64,000 nt of DNA from Chrysomallon squamiferum (GCA_012295275.1 CM022668.1:14074001-14138000); one strand, 5' to 3'; positions 31,111-50,781 are shown, counted from the stretch's first letter. Notes: generated from the letters alone by a model not told the origin. Translations and numbers: made by a program.

Positions 31111-31606
31111 TTTACTTGAAAATAAACTTTGCAAAAAATGAAGTTTTTGTTTGTTATTTGGTATATACTGTAGTTAATAACTAAAAGTGGTAATCTAGAT
31201 AAATAAACCTGATTATACGTTTATGTTTGTTGTCGTTGATGTATTTAGCGCTATTATACGACTTGACGTCACCGCATGACGGTAAAGATGGGGAAAATGT
31301 GAGCAAGCGTCCGTTTTTTTACGTCATTTTATTCTGCTGGTGTGCAACTTTGTTATTAACAAAGAATGTCTTCATGAAATGAAAATTATTACTTCTGGTA
31401 TCTTTTAATAAAAACAATCATTTATCTGAACATGAACAGTATTTATTTCACTGATATTTAAGTAATTAAAGTGCCTTGATGAATCTCAATAAATGTGTGT
31501 GTGTCTATTTGTGTATGCATCTATGTCTGTACCTACATATATATATTTATGTGTATATGCGAGTGTTTGTGTGAGAATGTATGCACGGGTATGTCTGCAC
31601 ACACGC

Positions 31607-31637
<31 letters not shown>

Positions 31638-31705
31638 GATAGATAGAGAAGAATAACAATGACTGACAGAATACTTTTGTTAAATATAAAACCTTTCTGT
31701 CAACA

Positions 31706-31826
<121 letters not shown>

Positions 31827-31854
31827 CTTTCAATCCACCTATCTGTCTCTCTGC

Positions 31855-31972
<118 letters not shown>

Positions 31973-32923
31973 GTATGTTTGTCTCTTTTTTTTTTTTTTT
32001 TATCTTTCAATTTACCCGAGAAATAAACATTGATATCACACGAAAGCTGTCACGAGTTATCCCCCCTGATAACTTCATTTCATTTTAATGGGTATGCCAT
32101 AGTCCACAAGCATGCACCGACGCACTCACTGCCCAACCCAACCCTCAGCTCCACCAACCCACCCACCCACCCGCCTCGACATTTCATACAGCTACCCCCA
32201 CCCCACCCCATCCTTCAGCAGCCCCATTTTTTCCTGCAGTAAGTTCTACCCTTTTATCATTCCTTACCAGGGAGTTCGTGACGAATGGATTCACTGGGCC
32301 TTGTACAGGGCTCCCACGCTTATCGATAAGTAAACAATACTATTTCAGTATTAAATTTTAACTGCCGAGTGACCTTTTGTTTACGTCACAAAGTAAATAT
32401 TTCCTTCTATAGGTTTCGGGTTAGTTGTTGGTTTTTTTTTTTTTTCCTGCTTACAAACTTCGGATTTTTGTTATTCGTGTCTATTAGAATGAGCTGTTAA
32501 TTAAGGTAAATATAGAATTATATTTATCTGTGTGTTTAATTTCGTAGTATGCATAATTCATTGATTTCATTTTTGCTGTGTTTTTTTCGTAATTGTTGTT
32601 AGAAATTTGTGGCGTTTTTGACTGAAAGATTGTTTGAAGGTTATTCGAAGGATATATATATATATATATACACACAAACGTACATACAAACATGTATACG
32701 TATAAAGTCATAGAGATCTTGGACAGATATTATATAAATTAATCATGTAGGTTACTTTCTTTCTTTTTTCCTGTCTGTTTATTTTTTAACATGTTTATAC
32801 ATGAACTAATGAATCAGTAAGTGTAACTGTGGATCTCTCTGTCTTTCTTTTTGTTTATCTATCTATCTCTAACTAGCTGTCTATATATCTATCTTTTCTC
32901 TATCTATCTATCTATTTATCTGC

Positions 32924-32957
<34 letters not shown>

Positions 32958-33103
32958 GTCTGTCTATCTCTATATATCTATCTATCTCTAGCTATCTATC
33001 TATCTATCTATCTATGTTGTAATATTTGTTGTAATGTGGATATCTTTGTCTATAAATGTAATCTGTGTCTGTCTGTGTATCTATCTATATTTATATCTCT
33101 TTC

Positions 33104-33257
<154 letters not shown>

Positions 33258-33378
33258 AATATTTGTTGTAATTTTGATATCTTTGTCTATAAATGTAATA
33301 TGTGTCTGTCTGTGCTATCTATTTTATTCTCTTTTATAATATATATATATATATACACACAGATAAGAAAGAAGATCC

Positions 33379-33463
33379 GTGCACTTTCATTATTAAATAT
33401 CAGTGAAGTAAATAATATTTATGTTCAGTTTACAAATCTTAAAATAAATCATTGTTTGTATTA

Positions 33464-33542
<79 letters not shown>

Positions 33543-34024
33543 ATATATATATGTATGTATGTATGTATATATCAGTGAAATAAATAATATTACAAATAAA
33601 TCATTGTTTGTATATATATATACAAACAATGATTTATTTTAAGATTTGTAAACTGAATATAAATATTATTTATTTCAGTGATATATATATACATACAAAT
33701 CTATATATATATATGTATGTATGTGTGTGTATGGTTATATATATATATATGCATGTATATATCAGTGAAATATATATATATATGTATATATATATATACA
33801 TATATATATGTAATATATATATATATATGTATATGTATGTATGTATGTGTGTGGTTATATATATATATAAATGTATATATATATCAGTGAAATAAATAAT
33901 ATTTATATTCAGTTTACAAATCTTAAAATAAATCATTGTTTGTATACATATGATTTATTTTAAGATTTGTAAACTGAACATAAATATTATTTACTTCACT
34001 GATGTTTAAGTAATGAAAGTGCAC
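33379..34024. mobile_element. Foldback/MITE-like element with ~73-bp terminal inverted repeats and nested internal palindromes
   Basis: 33379-33451 (GTGCACTTTCATTATTAAATATCAGTGAAGTAAATAATATTTATGTTCAGTTTACAAATCTTAAAATAAATCA) is the near-perfect reverse complement of 33951-34024. Further direct and inverted copies of the same unit lie at ~33571-33680 and ~33882-33935, separated by (TA)n. No clear target-site duplication. Confidence 0.6.
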
Positions 34025-34071
34025 TGATATGTCTATCTGTCTTTCTCCATACCTATCTGTCTGTCTATCTT

Positions 34072-34119
<48 letters not shown>

Positions 34120-34915
34120 ATCTACTTACCTATCTGCATCTATTTCTCTTTTGTATTTATCTTTCAATTTATCTGAGCAGCAACAGATATTACACGAAAG
34201 CTGTCACGAGTTATTTCCCCTTGCTATTTCGTCTCTGTTGTTCCACTGACTCACTTGTGTACACAGTAAACTTTACACCGTGGCATACAAACCTAGGCAC
34301 AGGCCGAGACACCGCCCTGTCCCACCCTCACCCCCCTGATATCCCATGTAGCTATGATCATGATTACAAGAGGTCAACGTGTAGGTAGGTGCCGCCGTCC
34401 ACTGGTTTGCCCTGGGGGAGGGGCTATAATAATAATAACAGATAATAACTATTACAATTATAGACACTCGGTTTCCGAAGAAATAGAAATTCCAGTAAGG
34501 TAATCGAAATTCTAAAAATAGACTTTGGATTTTCCGGCTTGGTATGTTCATTGTTTTTTTTAATTCATACTATAAGTGAACGGAAACTGAAAGTATACAT
34601 ATTTTTTATTATTATTATTATTTTTTTAAATAACTGGTTTATTTAACGAGAAATGATTTATTAAAATAATTACGTATAATTTATAAATTTTTCCTATTTG
34701 TACGCAGTTTACAAGACAAAATGAAAACGGATTTCTTCTCGTGAAGTATCCCAGCTTATCGGGAAAATAATTTTTCCAGGAAGAGAGAATGAATCACATT
34801 TACTTGAGTTAGAAGTGTCAAAAATTTGTGACCTCAGTGTTAATATTAAAACTTCTGTTATCAGAACAATAACTTTATCTACGTTTTTCGATGGGATATA
34901 CTCTTTTAAAGCAAG

Positions 34916-37637
<2,722 letters not shown>

Positions 37638-38230
37638 AATTGTATGAATTGTGATTCCCAACATGAGCGTGTCACCTCATGAAAGAACAAACTCGTCTTT
37701 GTATTTGACTGTTACATGAGACCTCACTGACAACACACCCGTGAATTAGTGAAATTAATATACTGTTCAGGTCTTTACAAAATGCACTCGTATGTAATAT
37801 TTGATAACGGGTCCACATGCAAAGTGCTGTTTAATCTGATGTACTGACCTCCACAGTAACTCTTGCTGTGTACAAACATATATACGTATCAACTCATATA
37901 GATCTTGGACAATTATTATTCAGTTAATCTGTTTATTTCTTTTAACATGTTTACAAGTGAACCAATACAAACATACGTACACAAAACTCGTATAGACTGT
38001 CAACAGATATCATTTAGTTAATCACAGAGCTTACTGTCTTTCTTCTTTCTTTTTCTTCTATTTATGTTTGTAAACACAGTCATAAATCAGTAAATGTAAC
38101 TGCATATCTGTGTGTCTTTTTTTTTTTTTTTTATTTGTTTATCTACCTAAATCTATCTGTTGTAATATTTGCTGTAATACTGATATGTTTGTCAGCAAAT
38201 ACAATCCATGTCTATCTATGATCTCTCTGT

Positions 38231-38358
<128 letters not shown>

Positions 38359-38476
38359 TATTTATTTTAGGATTTTGAATATTCTCTGTCTTACGTACGT
38401 CTGATTAGAATCTGCACTTACACACTGTTCGGGAACGCACTGGCGCAGGAGAACAAAGTCCAACCACGACCTCAGA

Positions 38477-38529
38477 AACCTGTGACAACGAGACACGAAC
38501 CTGTGACAACGAGACACGAACCTGTGACA
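38477..38529 (+). repeat. 21-bp tandem repeat AACCTGTGACAACGAGACACG x2.5
   Basis: Direct reading. Confidence 0.9.
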
Positions 38530-38634
38530 CCCACTCGCAAACACTCAGAGGGTCGACGACGTTACAGTTCGGTGATCGAGACAACCTGGTATGTATGCAT
38601 GTATGTGCGTGCGTGCGTGTGTGTTTGTGTGTGT

Positions 38635-38694
<60 letters not shown>

Positions 38695-39159
38695 TTGTAT
38701 TATATAGTCTCATTTCTTCCTTACGTATTAATATCTATCTTTCTCTGCCTTTTTCTCTTGATCTCATTTTCTGTCTCTTTCTCTGTCTCTTTCTTTCTTT
38801 CGCTCTCTTTCTTCTTCTCTTTCTTTCTTTCGCTCTCTTTCTTCTTCTCTTTCTTTCTCTCTTTTACTCACTTTGTCTCTTTTCCTTTCTCACTCGCTTT
38901 CTCTCTCTTTATCTGTTTTTCTTTCTGTCTCTATCTCTATGTTCCTCTGTTTCACTCTGTCTCTTTCTGTCTTTCTTTCTCTCCATCTGTATCTTTCTCT
39001 CTTCCTCTCTCTTATTCTCTCAATCTTTCTCTTTTTTTCACTTCCTTTTTTCCCCAATCGTTCTATCTCTTTCTCTTTTCACAGACACGCACCCTCTCTC
39101 TTTCTTTTTCTCTCTCTCTTTCTCTTATTCTTTCTCTCTTTCACTCTCGTAAATAAAGA

Positions 39160-40619
39160 AAGAAAGATTGAAGTAAACAAAAGACAACAGAGAAAAAAAG
39201 AAGAAAAAAACACACAGAAAGACAGAATCAAAGAACAAAGAAATGAAGAAAAGATGAAAGAAAGGAAAGGAAAAATCATGAAGAGCAAAAAACATAAAAA
39301 AAAAAAAAAAAAAAGGGAGTAAATGAAAAACATAAACGATAAGAGACAAATATATTTCGAGTATAAGATGTTGCGACCAAAACTCAGAAGTAAAAAATAA
39401 TCACTACAGAAATGGAACAAGAACAGTATGTTGCTCTTTCTATATTTTATATAATTTCGTTTCTAATAATTATATGGGTTATATGTTTTAGATCATGTTT
39501 GCTACAAACGATGCAATCGTTATAAGTAAACTGAAATTAAAGAAAAAGAAAAGAGAGATTAAAAAATGAAATATAGAGAAAAGAAAGAAAGAAGAAAACA
39601 CCGGAGGAGAAAAAAGAAACAATAGAGAGAAAGAGCGGTCATTACTGTTATACACATATTATCGATTTTCTTTGCTTCAAAACTTTTTACCTTTATTTTG
39701 ATATATGTTTGGTGTTATAATGTAAACAGAGTGCCTTGTCATTTTTTTTATTTTTTTTTTTTACGTACATACATTAAAAACATACATATATATATATACA
39801 CACACACCCACACACAGCACACAAACACATATAAACCACGCCCAATTCACGGAACAATTAATCAGGGAAACCAGTCGGAAAAGAGAATCATTAAATCGGT
39901 TCTTGGTTTCATTGTGACGTCATCGCCAACCGAGAGAATATTTCGTAACATTCCGTTCATTTTATTTTATATTTCAGTTTATATTTTATTTTATTTTATT
40001 TTATTTATTGTTTTTTTTTTATTTTACATACTTGCTTAAAAAAGTTAATCAAGAAAAACTTTATATTCATAACTCGGCTTATTATTATGCCTTATATTTC
40101 ACATGTGCTTAATAATATATAATATTTTATATTCTTGGCTAAAAACCAGATATTTTATTTTATATTACATATACGATTTGAAAACAACTCATTCTTCTCA
40201 AGATGTTTCAATTGTTTTGGACATAATCCAACTGGCCTGTTAATTTGATGTTTTATGATAGCACGGACCAAATGTTTAATGTTATATGAACCTAAACGTT
40301 TCTTCATTTTATTATATTGCTTACTTATTGTTGCTTTATGAAAGGTTTTGGCAAGACACTCCCGTTTCTTAATAAATTTATATTTCTCCGAAGTCCTGGA
40401 GTTCGTATTTTCTATCTGGACTCCCTAAGAGGTAGGTTTAAAATAAGAAAGAAAAAAAGAAAAAAGAAAAGAAAATAAGGTGAAGTAGTACTAAATCAGT
40501 TGTTGATGTATTTACCTCTAAACCTTCAGTTAGAAGAATATTATAATTATATGCTGTCTACGTTTTAGACATATTATACACTTACTATATTTTAATATGT
40601 AAAAATCGAATGATTCCTT
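39160..40619 (+). repeat. Segmental duplication block B, copy 1 (copy 2 at ~43860-45727 with a ~400-bp extra segment; diverged partial copy 3 at ~46570-48300)
   Basis: Shared GACAGAATCAAAGAACAAAGAAATGAAG and the TTATGAAAGGTTTTGGCAAGACACTCC...AATCGAATGATTCCTTT end in copies 1 and 2. The micropeptide ORF and the CCACGCCC...TGACGTCA module are present in all three copies. Confidence 0.9.
39412..39525 (+). CDS. Small single-pass membrane peptide, copy 2 (B-type, 37 aa; absent from the ORF track)
   Basis: Hand translation MEQEQYVALSIFYIISFLIIIWVICFRSCLLQTMQSL*. gaaATGG start context; in-frame TAA at 39391-39393 upstream. Confidence 0.65.
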   Translation: MEQEQYVALSIFYIISFLIIIWVICFRSCLLQTMQSL

Positions 40620-40640
40620 TGGCGAGTCTTTGAAAACAAC

Positions 40641-43282
<2,642 letters not shown>

Positions 43283-43317
43283 ATAATAATACCTTTTTTG
43301 TCTACAAATTTAATGTA

Positions 43318-43384
<67 letters not shown>

Positions 43385-43768
43385 TTATTTATCTTTTTCT
43401 TGTTTAAAATTTATTTTCATAATAACAAAGAAGGGAGATAACTTGCAAGAGGCTAAAATTCTAGATATTCAACAAAATGACGAAAATTGATTAGAAAATG
43501 TAATGAACAATTCAATGTCACATCAGTGACCGGTGTCAAATGTTTTCGCTTGAAGAAGAAAAAAAAATTACGCCTGATAAACATGAGTGGTTCGAAATGG
43601 AATTAAAACCTTACATTCAGAGTTCGTGTAAAGTTATATAAATTCCAGATCTATATTTAACGAAACGAAAATGTTAAATTACGGATTTATTCTCAGAGGG
43701 TTGAAAATTTAATATTAAACGTGTACAAAATAAAAATAAAAATAAAAATAGGATTTAAATATTTTCAT

Positions 43769-43811
<43 letters not shown>

Positions 43812-43859
43812 GTGTGTTGTGATCGAAAGAAAAAAAACAAAAGGCACGTAAAGAAAGAA

Positions 43860-45727
43860 AGAAAGAAAGATCGAAATAAACGAAAAGCAACAGAGAAAAA
43901 AGAAAAAAACAACAAAGAAAGACAGAATCAAAGAACAAAGAAATGAAGAAAAGATGAAAGAAAGGAAAGGAAAAATCACGAAGAGCAAAAACATCAAAAT
44001 AAAAATAAAAAAAGGGAGTAAAGGAAAAACATAAACGATAAAAGACGAAAATATTTCTAGTATAAGATATTGCGACCAAAAATCAGAAGTAAAAAATAAT
44101 CACTACAGAAATGGAACAAGAACAGTATGTTGCTCTTTTTATATTTTATATAATTTCGTTTCTAATAATTATATGGGTTGTATGTTTTAGATCATGTTTT
44201 CTACAAACGATGCAATTGTTATAAGTTTACTGATAATAAAGAAAAAGAAAAGAGAGATTAAAAAATGAAATATAGAGAAAAGAAAGAATGAAGAAAAAAC
44301 CGGAGGAGAAAAAGGAAACAATAGAGAGAAAGAGCTGTCATTACTGTTATACAAATATTATCGGTTTTCTTTGCTTCAAAACTGTTGACCTTTATTTTGA
44401 TATATCTTTGGTGTTATAATGTAAATAGAGTGCCTTGTCATTTTTTTTTTTTAATTTTTTTTTTACATACATACATTAAAAAGATACATATATATACCCA
44501 CACACCCACACACAGCACACAAACACATATAAACCACGCCCAATTCACGGAACAATTAATCAGGCAAACCAGTCGGAAAAGAGAATCATTAAATCGGTTC
44601 TTGGTTTCATTGTGACGTCATCGCCATCCGAGAGAATATTTCGTAACATTCCGTTCATTTTATTTTATATTTTAGTTTATATTTTATTTTATTTTATTTT
44701 ATTTTATTTTTGAATTTTATTTTTTATTTTACATACTGGCTTAAAACAGTAAATCAAGAAGAACTTTATATTCCTATCTCGACGTATTTGTTGTGCCTTA
44801 TATTTCACCTGTGCTTAATAATATATAATATTATATATACTTGGCTAAAAACCAGATAGTTTGTTTTGTATTATATATCTGATTTGAAAACAACTCATAT
44901 TTCTCAAGGTGATTCAATTGTTTTGGACATAATCCAACTGGCCTGTTAATTTGATGTTTTATGATAGCACGGACCAAATGTTTAATGTTAAATGAACCTA
45001 AACGTTTCTTCAAGCCATGCAGAAAACAGACACGCACACGAACACACACCCACACGCACACACAGATTCATACAAACCACAGAGAGTAAAAATTAAACAC
45101 AACACAGTTTAAATATACAGAAACAAACGCCCTTTCTTCCAAATTAAATAAAAATTTAAAATTATAATAAAAAAAAAATATATAATAAAAATAATATAAA
45201 GTAAATAAATAAACAAAAATAATAAAATAAAATAAAATAAAATAAAACAATCGTCATTCAAATCTGCTTAAAATTAGGTCAATAACAAAAGACTGTTTTA
45301 TGACAATACACCCCGTATATAAATATGTTAATGTATTGTTTAATTCTTTATAAATGCATTGATATGTAACTTTTGATAGCGTGTCCACATGCAAAGATCT
45401 GTTCATGTGTTATTGTATTATAATAGTTTACTTATTGTTGCTTTATGAAAGGTTTTGGCAAGACACTCCTGTTTCTTAATAAATTTATATTTCTCCGAAG
45501 TCCTGGAGTTCGTGTTTTCTATCTGGACTCCCTAAGAGGCAGGTTTAAAATAAGAAAAAAAAAAGAAAAAAGAAAAGAAAATAAGGTGAAGTACTACTAA
45601 CTCATTTGTTGATGTATTTACCTCTAAACCTTCAGTTAGAAGAATATTATAATTATATGCTATCTACGTTTTAGACATATTATACACTTACTAAATTTTA
45701 ATATGTAAAAATCGAATGATTCCTTTT
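43860..45727 (+). repeat. Segmental duplication block B, copy 2
   Basis: Colinear with 39160-40619 apart from extra sequence at ~45012-45420. Confidence 0.9.
44111..44224 (+). CDS. Small single-pass membrane peptide, copy 4 (B-type, 37 aa; absent from the ORF track)
   Basis: Hand translation MEQEQYVALFIFYIISFLIIIWVVCFRSCFLQTMQLL*. Confidence 0.65.
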   Translation: MEQEQYVALFIFYIISFLIIIWVVCFRSCFLQTMQLL

Positions 45728-46444
45728 TTATTTTCCTCTATTATTATTGTTTTTGTCTTTACCATTGTTATCATTACTAACATTATCTTCACTGTTATTT
45801 CTGTTATTATTTTTAATATTGCTTGTTTATTGCTTTCTATTTTTTAATGACGTCCATTGTAACTTTTGCTGTTACATCATATATTTCCTTGTACAGGTTT
45901 CGAGTTCGCTTCATTCCTGGTTTAAACTGGATTTTGTTATTCTTTTATTAGAATCAGCTGTAAATTAAGGTAAATATAGAATTATATTTGTCTGTGTTTA
46001 GTTTCGTATTATGCATGTTCATTGCATGTTGATTTAATTTTGCTGTGTTATTTTATTGTTAGAAATATATGGTGTTCTCTCTCTCTATCTCTCTCTCTTT
46101 CTCTATCTCTCGCCCTTTTTCTCTCCCTCTCTTTTTTTCTCTCTTTCTCTCTCTCCCTCTCATCCCCTCTATCTTCCTTTCTTTCTCTTTTAGTCAACAT
46201 CTTTATGTAAGTCAATAAGTGTAACTATAATGTCTTCCAGCCCGAGTATCCTTCTTTCTCTCTCTCTGTCCATCCATCCACCCATCTGTCTATCTATCTA
46301 TCTGTCTGTGCTTCCATCCATCCGTCCATCCATCCATTTATCCATGTACCCAACAAAACTATTCTTCTTTCTCTAAGTCGTTATTCCTTTCTTTTCTGTC
46401 CACCTATTATTTCTAAAGTTTTGTATCTTTACAGTCATGTTTTT

Positions 46445-46484
<40 letters not shown>

Positions 46485-46618
46485 TTTTTGTTACTTTTTA
46501 AGACAAACAGTTAACGATAAAAGTAAAAACAGAAAAAGAAATAATCTGGAAGCAAATCGACAGAGAGCGAGAGAGAGAGAAGACAAATACATTTTGAGTA
46601 TAAATCAAAAGTAAAAAA

Positions 46619-46792
46619 ATGAAGATTGCAGGATTCGAACTTCAACAATGGATTCCTCTTGCACTATTTATCCTATTCATGGTTCTAACTATATTGATAG
46701 TATTTTGTGGAAAAGAGGAACGAAAGGAAGAGGAAAAAGACGGAGAAGAAAAAAAAAACAATAGAGAAAAAGAGCTGACATTACTATTATGA
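46619..46792 (+). CDS. Small single-pass membrane peptide, copy 5 (divergent, 57 aa; absent from the ORF track)
   Basis: Hand translation MKIAGFELQQWIPLALFILFMVLTILIVFCGKEERKEEEKDGEEKKNNREKELTLLL*. FELQQWIPLALFILFMVLTILIVFC aligns without gaps to MEQEQYVALFIFYIISFLIIIWVVC, and the flanks are homologous to block B. Confidence 0.55.
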   Translation: MKIAGFELQQWIPLALFILFMVLTILIVFCGKEERKEEEKDGEEKKNNREKELTLLL

Positions 46793-47101
46793 CCGTATTA
46801 TCTAATTTCTTTGCTTCAAAACATCTTTGCTGTCACAGAATAAATTCAGTGCCTTGACTTTCGATAGGTTTTCTATCAATCCGTACATCTGTTTCATGGA
46901 TTAAAAAAACTATAAAATAATATAAAATAAAATAATGTTAAAATGCTTTGATCATCTTTTTATGTCTTTGTAATATCAATGGTCTTTCTCTGTCTGTTTG
47001 TCTGTCAATCTATCTATTTTGACAGATCGATAGATAGACAGATAGATAGATACATACATACATACATACATATATAGATACATACATACATACACAGATA
47101 C

Positions 47102-47143
<42 letters not shown>

Positions 47144-47215
47144 CTAGATACATTACATACATACATTCATAGATAGATAGATAGATAGATAAATAGATAC
47201 ATAGATAGATACATA

Positions 47216-47349
<134 letters not shown>

Positions 47350-48010
47350 GATATAATATACATGAGTATGTGTCTGTTTTTCTGTCTGTTTATCAATCAG
47401 TTCATCTATCTAGAACTATAGATTAGATAGGCAGACAGATAGAGAGACAGACAGACGGATAGAGAGACAGACAGACAGATAGAGAGACAGACAGACAGAT
47501 ACATGTAGACAGTGACACAAACATAGTGACAGATATAGATACACTTTGTTCCTTTGTTTGCGTTTTCGTTTTTATAGCGCAGCACCTTAACTAAACTAGT
47601 TATTAATAAAAACAAGACGAACTAATTAAAAATACAAATTTAATCTTCGTAATAAATATTTGTTTTACAAATTCGTCTCTCCGGAATTTTTTTTTTATTT
47701 ACACATACACACATACATACACACATACATACACACATACGTACACACATACATACACACATACGTATATAAACCACGCCCTGTTCACGGACCAGTTGAT
47801 CAAGAAAAAACCAGTCGGTAGCGAGAATCATTAAATCAGTTCCTGGTTTCATTGTGACGTCATTGCGATCCGAGAGAATATTTTCGTAATATTCCGTTCA
47901 TGATTAGAAAGCACTTTCATTTTATTTTATTTTATTTTATTTTATTTTTATTTTTTGTTTGTTTTATACCTGCTTAAAACAGTAAATCAAGAACCACTTT
48001 ATATTTATAT

Positions 48011-48172
48011 AACATATTCACTTACAAAAAAAACACACATACTTTAACTAACCTCTAACAAATTCGTCGTTTTGCTTAGAGTAATAGTAAAAGCGATCTC
48101 GCTGTTTTTCACATTCAGCATCAAACGGGGAATTCCCTTTCCTAGAATAAAGACAGAATCTTTTCGAATTTT
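48011..48172 (-). pseudogene. Duplicated ~160-bp fragment of the 3' end of the 941-aa ORF plus adjacent downstream (putatively intronic) sequence; source 54587-54743
   Basis: ACTTTAACTAACCTCTAACAAATTCGTCGTTTTGCTTAGAGTAA.AGTAAAAGC.ATCTCGCTGTTTTTCACATTCAGCATCAAACGGGGAATTCCCTTTCCTAGAA occurs at both loci, differing at the two dotted positions. Confidence 0.85.
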
Positions 48173-48364
48173 ATTGTTATTCGTGTTTAAAACAACTTTA
48201 TATTATTCACATGTGCTTGATAATATATACTATTTTATATATCTGGCTGAAAAACCAGATACTTTATTGATGTTTTATATATCCGATTTGAAAAGTACTC
48301 AAATTTGGTAAATCTATCAAATTTTAACGAGAGCGCTTACAGTTTACAAAATCTGTGTGCATAC

Positions 48365-48427
<63 letters not shown>

Positions 48428-48791
48428 GAAAAGTAAATAAAGAAATAATTTTAAAAAATAAGAATGGGAAAGAAAGGTTAAAAGAATAACAAAGAAAGAA
48501 AGAATGAAAGCATGAAAGAAAGAGAAAAGAAGAAGTTAACGAACGAATGAATGAAAGCATAAAAGAAAGAGAAAAGAAGAAGTTAACGAACGAATGAATG
48601 AGAGCTTGAAACAAACAAAACAGGAAAAGAAACAGGACAAAGAATAAAACAGAAAGACAGAAAAGTAATAAATGAATGACTGAAAAATAAAGAAAATAAA
48701 CAAATAAAAATATTATAGAAATCAATAAAAAAGAAAAAGAAAAAGCAGAACGGACAAAAACAAATAACAAAAGGAGAAGATAAGAAGAAAT

Positions 48792-48828
<37 letters not shown>

Positions 48829-49571
48829 GTATACTTATTGCAAAGCGTTAATTATTATACGAGATATTATTAGGTAATATCTTTGTGTATCATTTGGGAA
48901 TTTTATCTAATTTTCTGTTACGGGATAATCACAAAAGTCTATTATTCACAGGCATCCAGATAAGTTACACACACACGCACACACACACACACAAAAACAC
49001 ACACACACGCACACTCGCAAGAACACTCACATACATACACACACTCACAAACTAAAACATTCACATACGCACATATATATAAGGTATATTTAACCTCTAT
49101 ACGTTTATATTCATGGATGAAATGTTCTGTATGGTACTATACAACCATAGCTTTTGTTGATATTACTGAATTCGAGTGAAACCAAGAAGCGATATGTAAA
49201 TGAATATTGTTTGACCCATAGACATATTATATACACACACCAACATACGTAAGCAGGCACATACTTAAGCATACATTCAAATGGGCTGGACTATACGCGC
49301 AGTCACACATACATACATACATACATACATACACCCTCACTTAAATACAGAGACATATCTCTTGTTACAAAGATCGGAGAAACATAAAGACTATATACAA
49401 TTTTCCAAGTACCTCTGTTATGTGTACAAATAAAAGTAAATCAACTGTAATGATAAACACGATGTTAACAGAAATAAAAACACGATGATAAAACTTATAA
49501 AAGTTAGGATAATGCATCTCATTCTTTTTGTTCTCTCTCTCGTTTTTTTCCATCCCTCTCTCTTAATCCTC

Positions 49572-49649
<78 letters not shown>

Positions 49650-50074
49650 AGTCAAAATGTATTTGTCTTCCTTTTTGTTTCATTTTGTTAATTATGCATT
49701 CTATTCAGTTATTCATGCCTGACACACATTATAAAAATGTCTACATAAACCTATGTTAAATATAGTCTGTTATTTTAATATAATTCAGGTATAACGTTTT
49801 ATGTTATGTTATTCTGTAGCTTCAGTCTATGCCACTGTTTGACATTCACATACACCACAGCATACAATCCATGAACATCAACTGTATAAAATCAGTTCAC
49901 ATCACAGAATAAATCCGCATATAATAATACTTCATTTATTTAAACAGTTTCATTAATTCATTCGTTCCATTTAATGTCGTTCATGGATAAAACTGTTGAT
50001 GTATGCATTCGTATAAAATAAATTACATTAACACCATTGTATTCAGACGACGGATAAGTTTTCTTATATTTATG

Positions 50075-50650
50075 ATATAGCATCTAGATATAGTTTTGTA
50101 TATTGTCCATCTATACCACTTCAAAGCGTGTAGAAATATTATTGTATAGCACACACCTATACTGATGTAAAGATCTTGTTGTATTATAGTACAGCATCCA
50201 TTTATACCACTGTAGTATCCATATATATTTTTGGGTGAAATCCATCCACGTCATTATATAGGACAAAGAGATAGAGTTGTATCATATCCATCTTTGCAAC
50301 TCTTTAGTATCCGTATACTTCACTGTATAATACGCATCTACACTATTGTAAAACCTCAAGGGATGTTATTATATAGCATCCGTCTATACTATAATATAGT
50401 ATTCATATATATCACAGTATGGTGTCCATTTATATTACGGGATGATATCCATCTATACCGTAGTATAGCATCCATCTGTAAAGCATCCAGAGATATTATT
50501 GTATAGCATCCATATACATTACAATATAGCATCCATCTATGCCATAATATAGCATCTATATATATATCATAGTTTAGTATCCACATACATTACTGGATAA
50601 TATTCAGCTATCTCACTGTAAAGCACCCGGACATATTATTGTATATCACC
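50075..50650. repeat. Degenerate ~21-22-bp minisatellite (core TATAGCATCCATCTATAC)
   Basis: Recurring TATAGCATCCAT variants; lies in the putative 3' UTR region of the minus-strand gene. Confidence 0.6.
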
Positions 50651-50656
50651 GTCCGT

Positions 50657-50781
50657 CTAAACCATTGTCTGTTGTCCGTTATCTATGTCAATCCAGAAAA
50701 CACTCCCCCTCCTCTGTTGTCTCCCTTCTGCTGTCTTCTTGTTGCCTAGCGACCACTGAGGTCCCGTTCTTATTATAGGAT
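50657..50781 (-). CDS. Probable terminal coding exon of the large membrane protein
   Basis: Strong acceptor ctctctgttttctcttcag| (AG at 50783-50782). Phase matches the AG|GTTAGT donor at 54624/54623. Adds D-PIIRTGPQWSLGNKKTAEGRQQRRGSVFWIDIDNGQQTMV*. Confidence 0.6.

Noticed and set aside
39412-39525. Naming the micropeptides sarcolipin/sarcolamban or cortexin orthologues
   Set aside because: Similarity is limited to size, hydrophobicity and a W...RS pattern; homology cannot be established without profile searches.
46628-46641. GCAGGATTCGAAC resembles a reverse-strand tRNA/SINE B-box
   Set aside because: No A-box or cloverleaf nearby, and the bases align with the ACAGAAATGGAAC start region of the other peptide copies.
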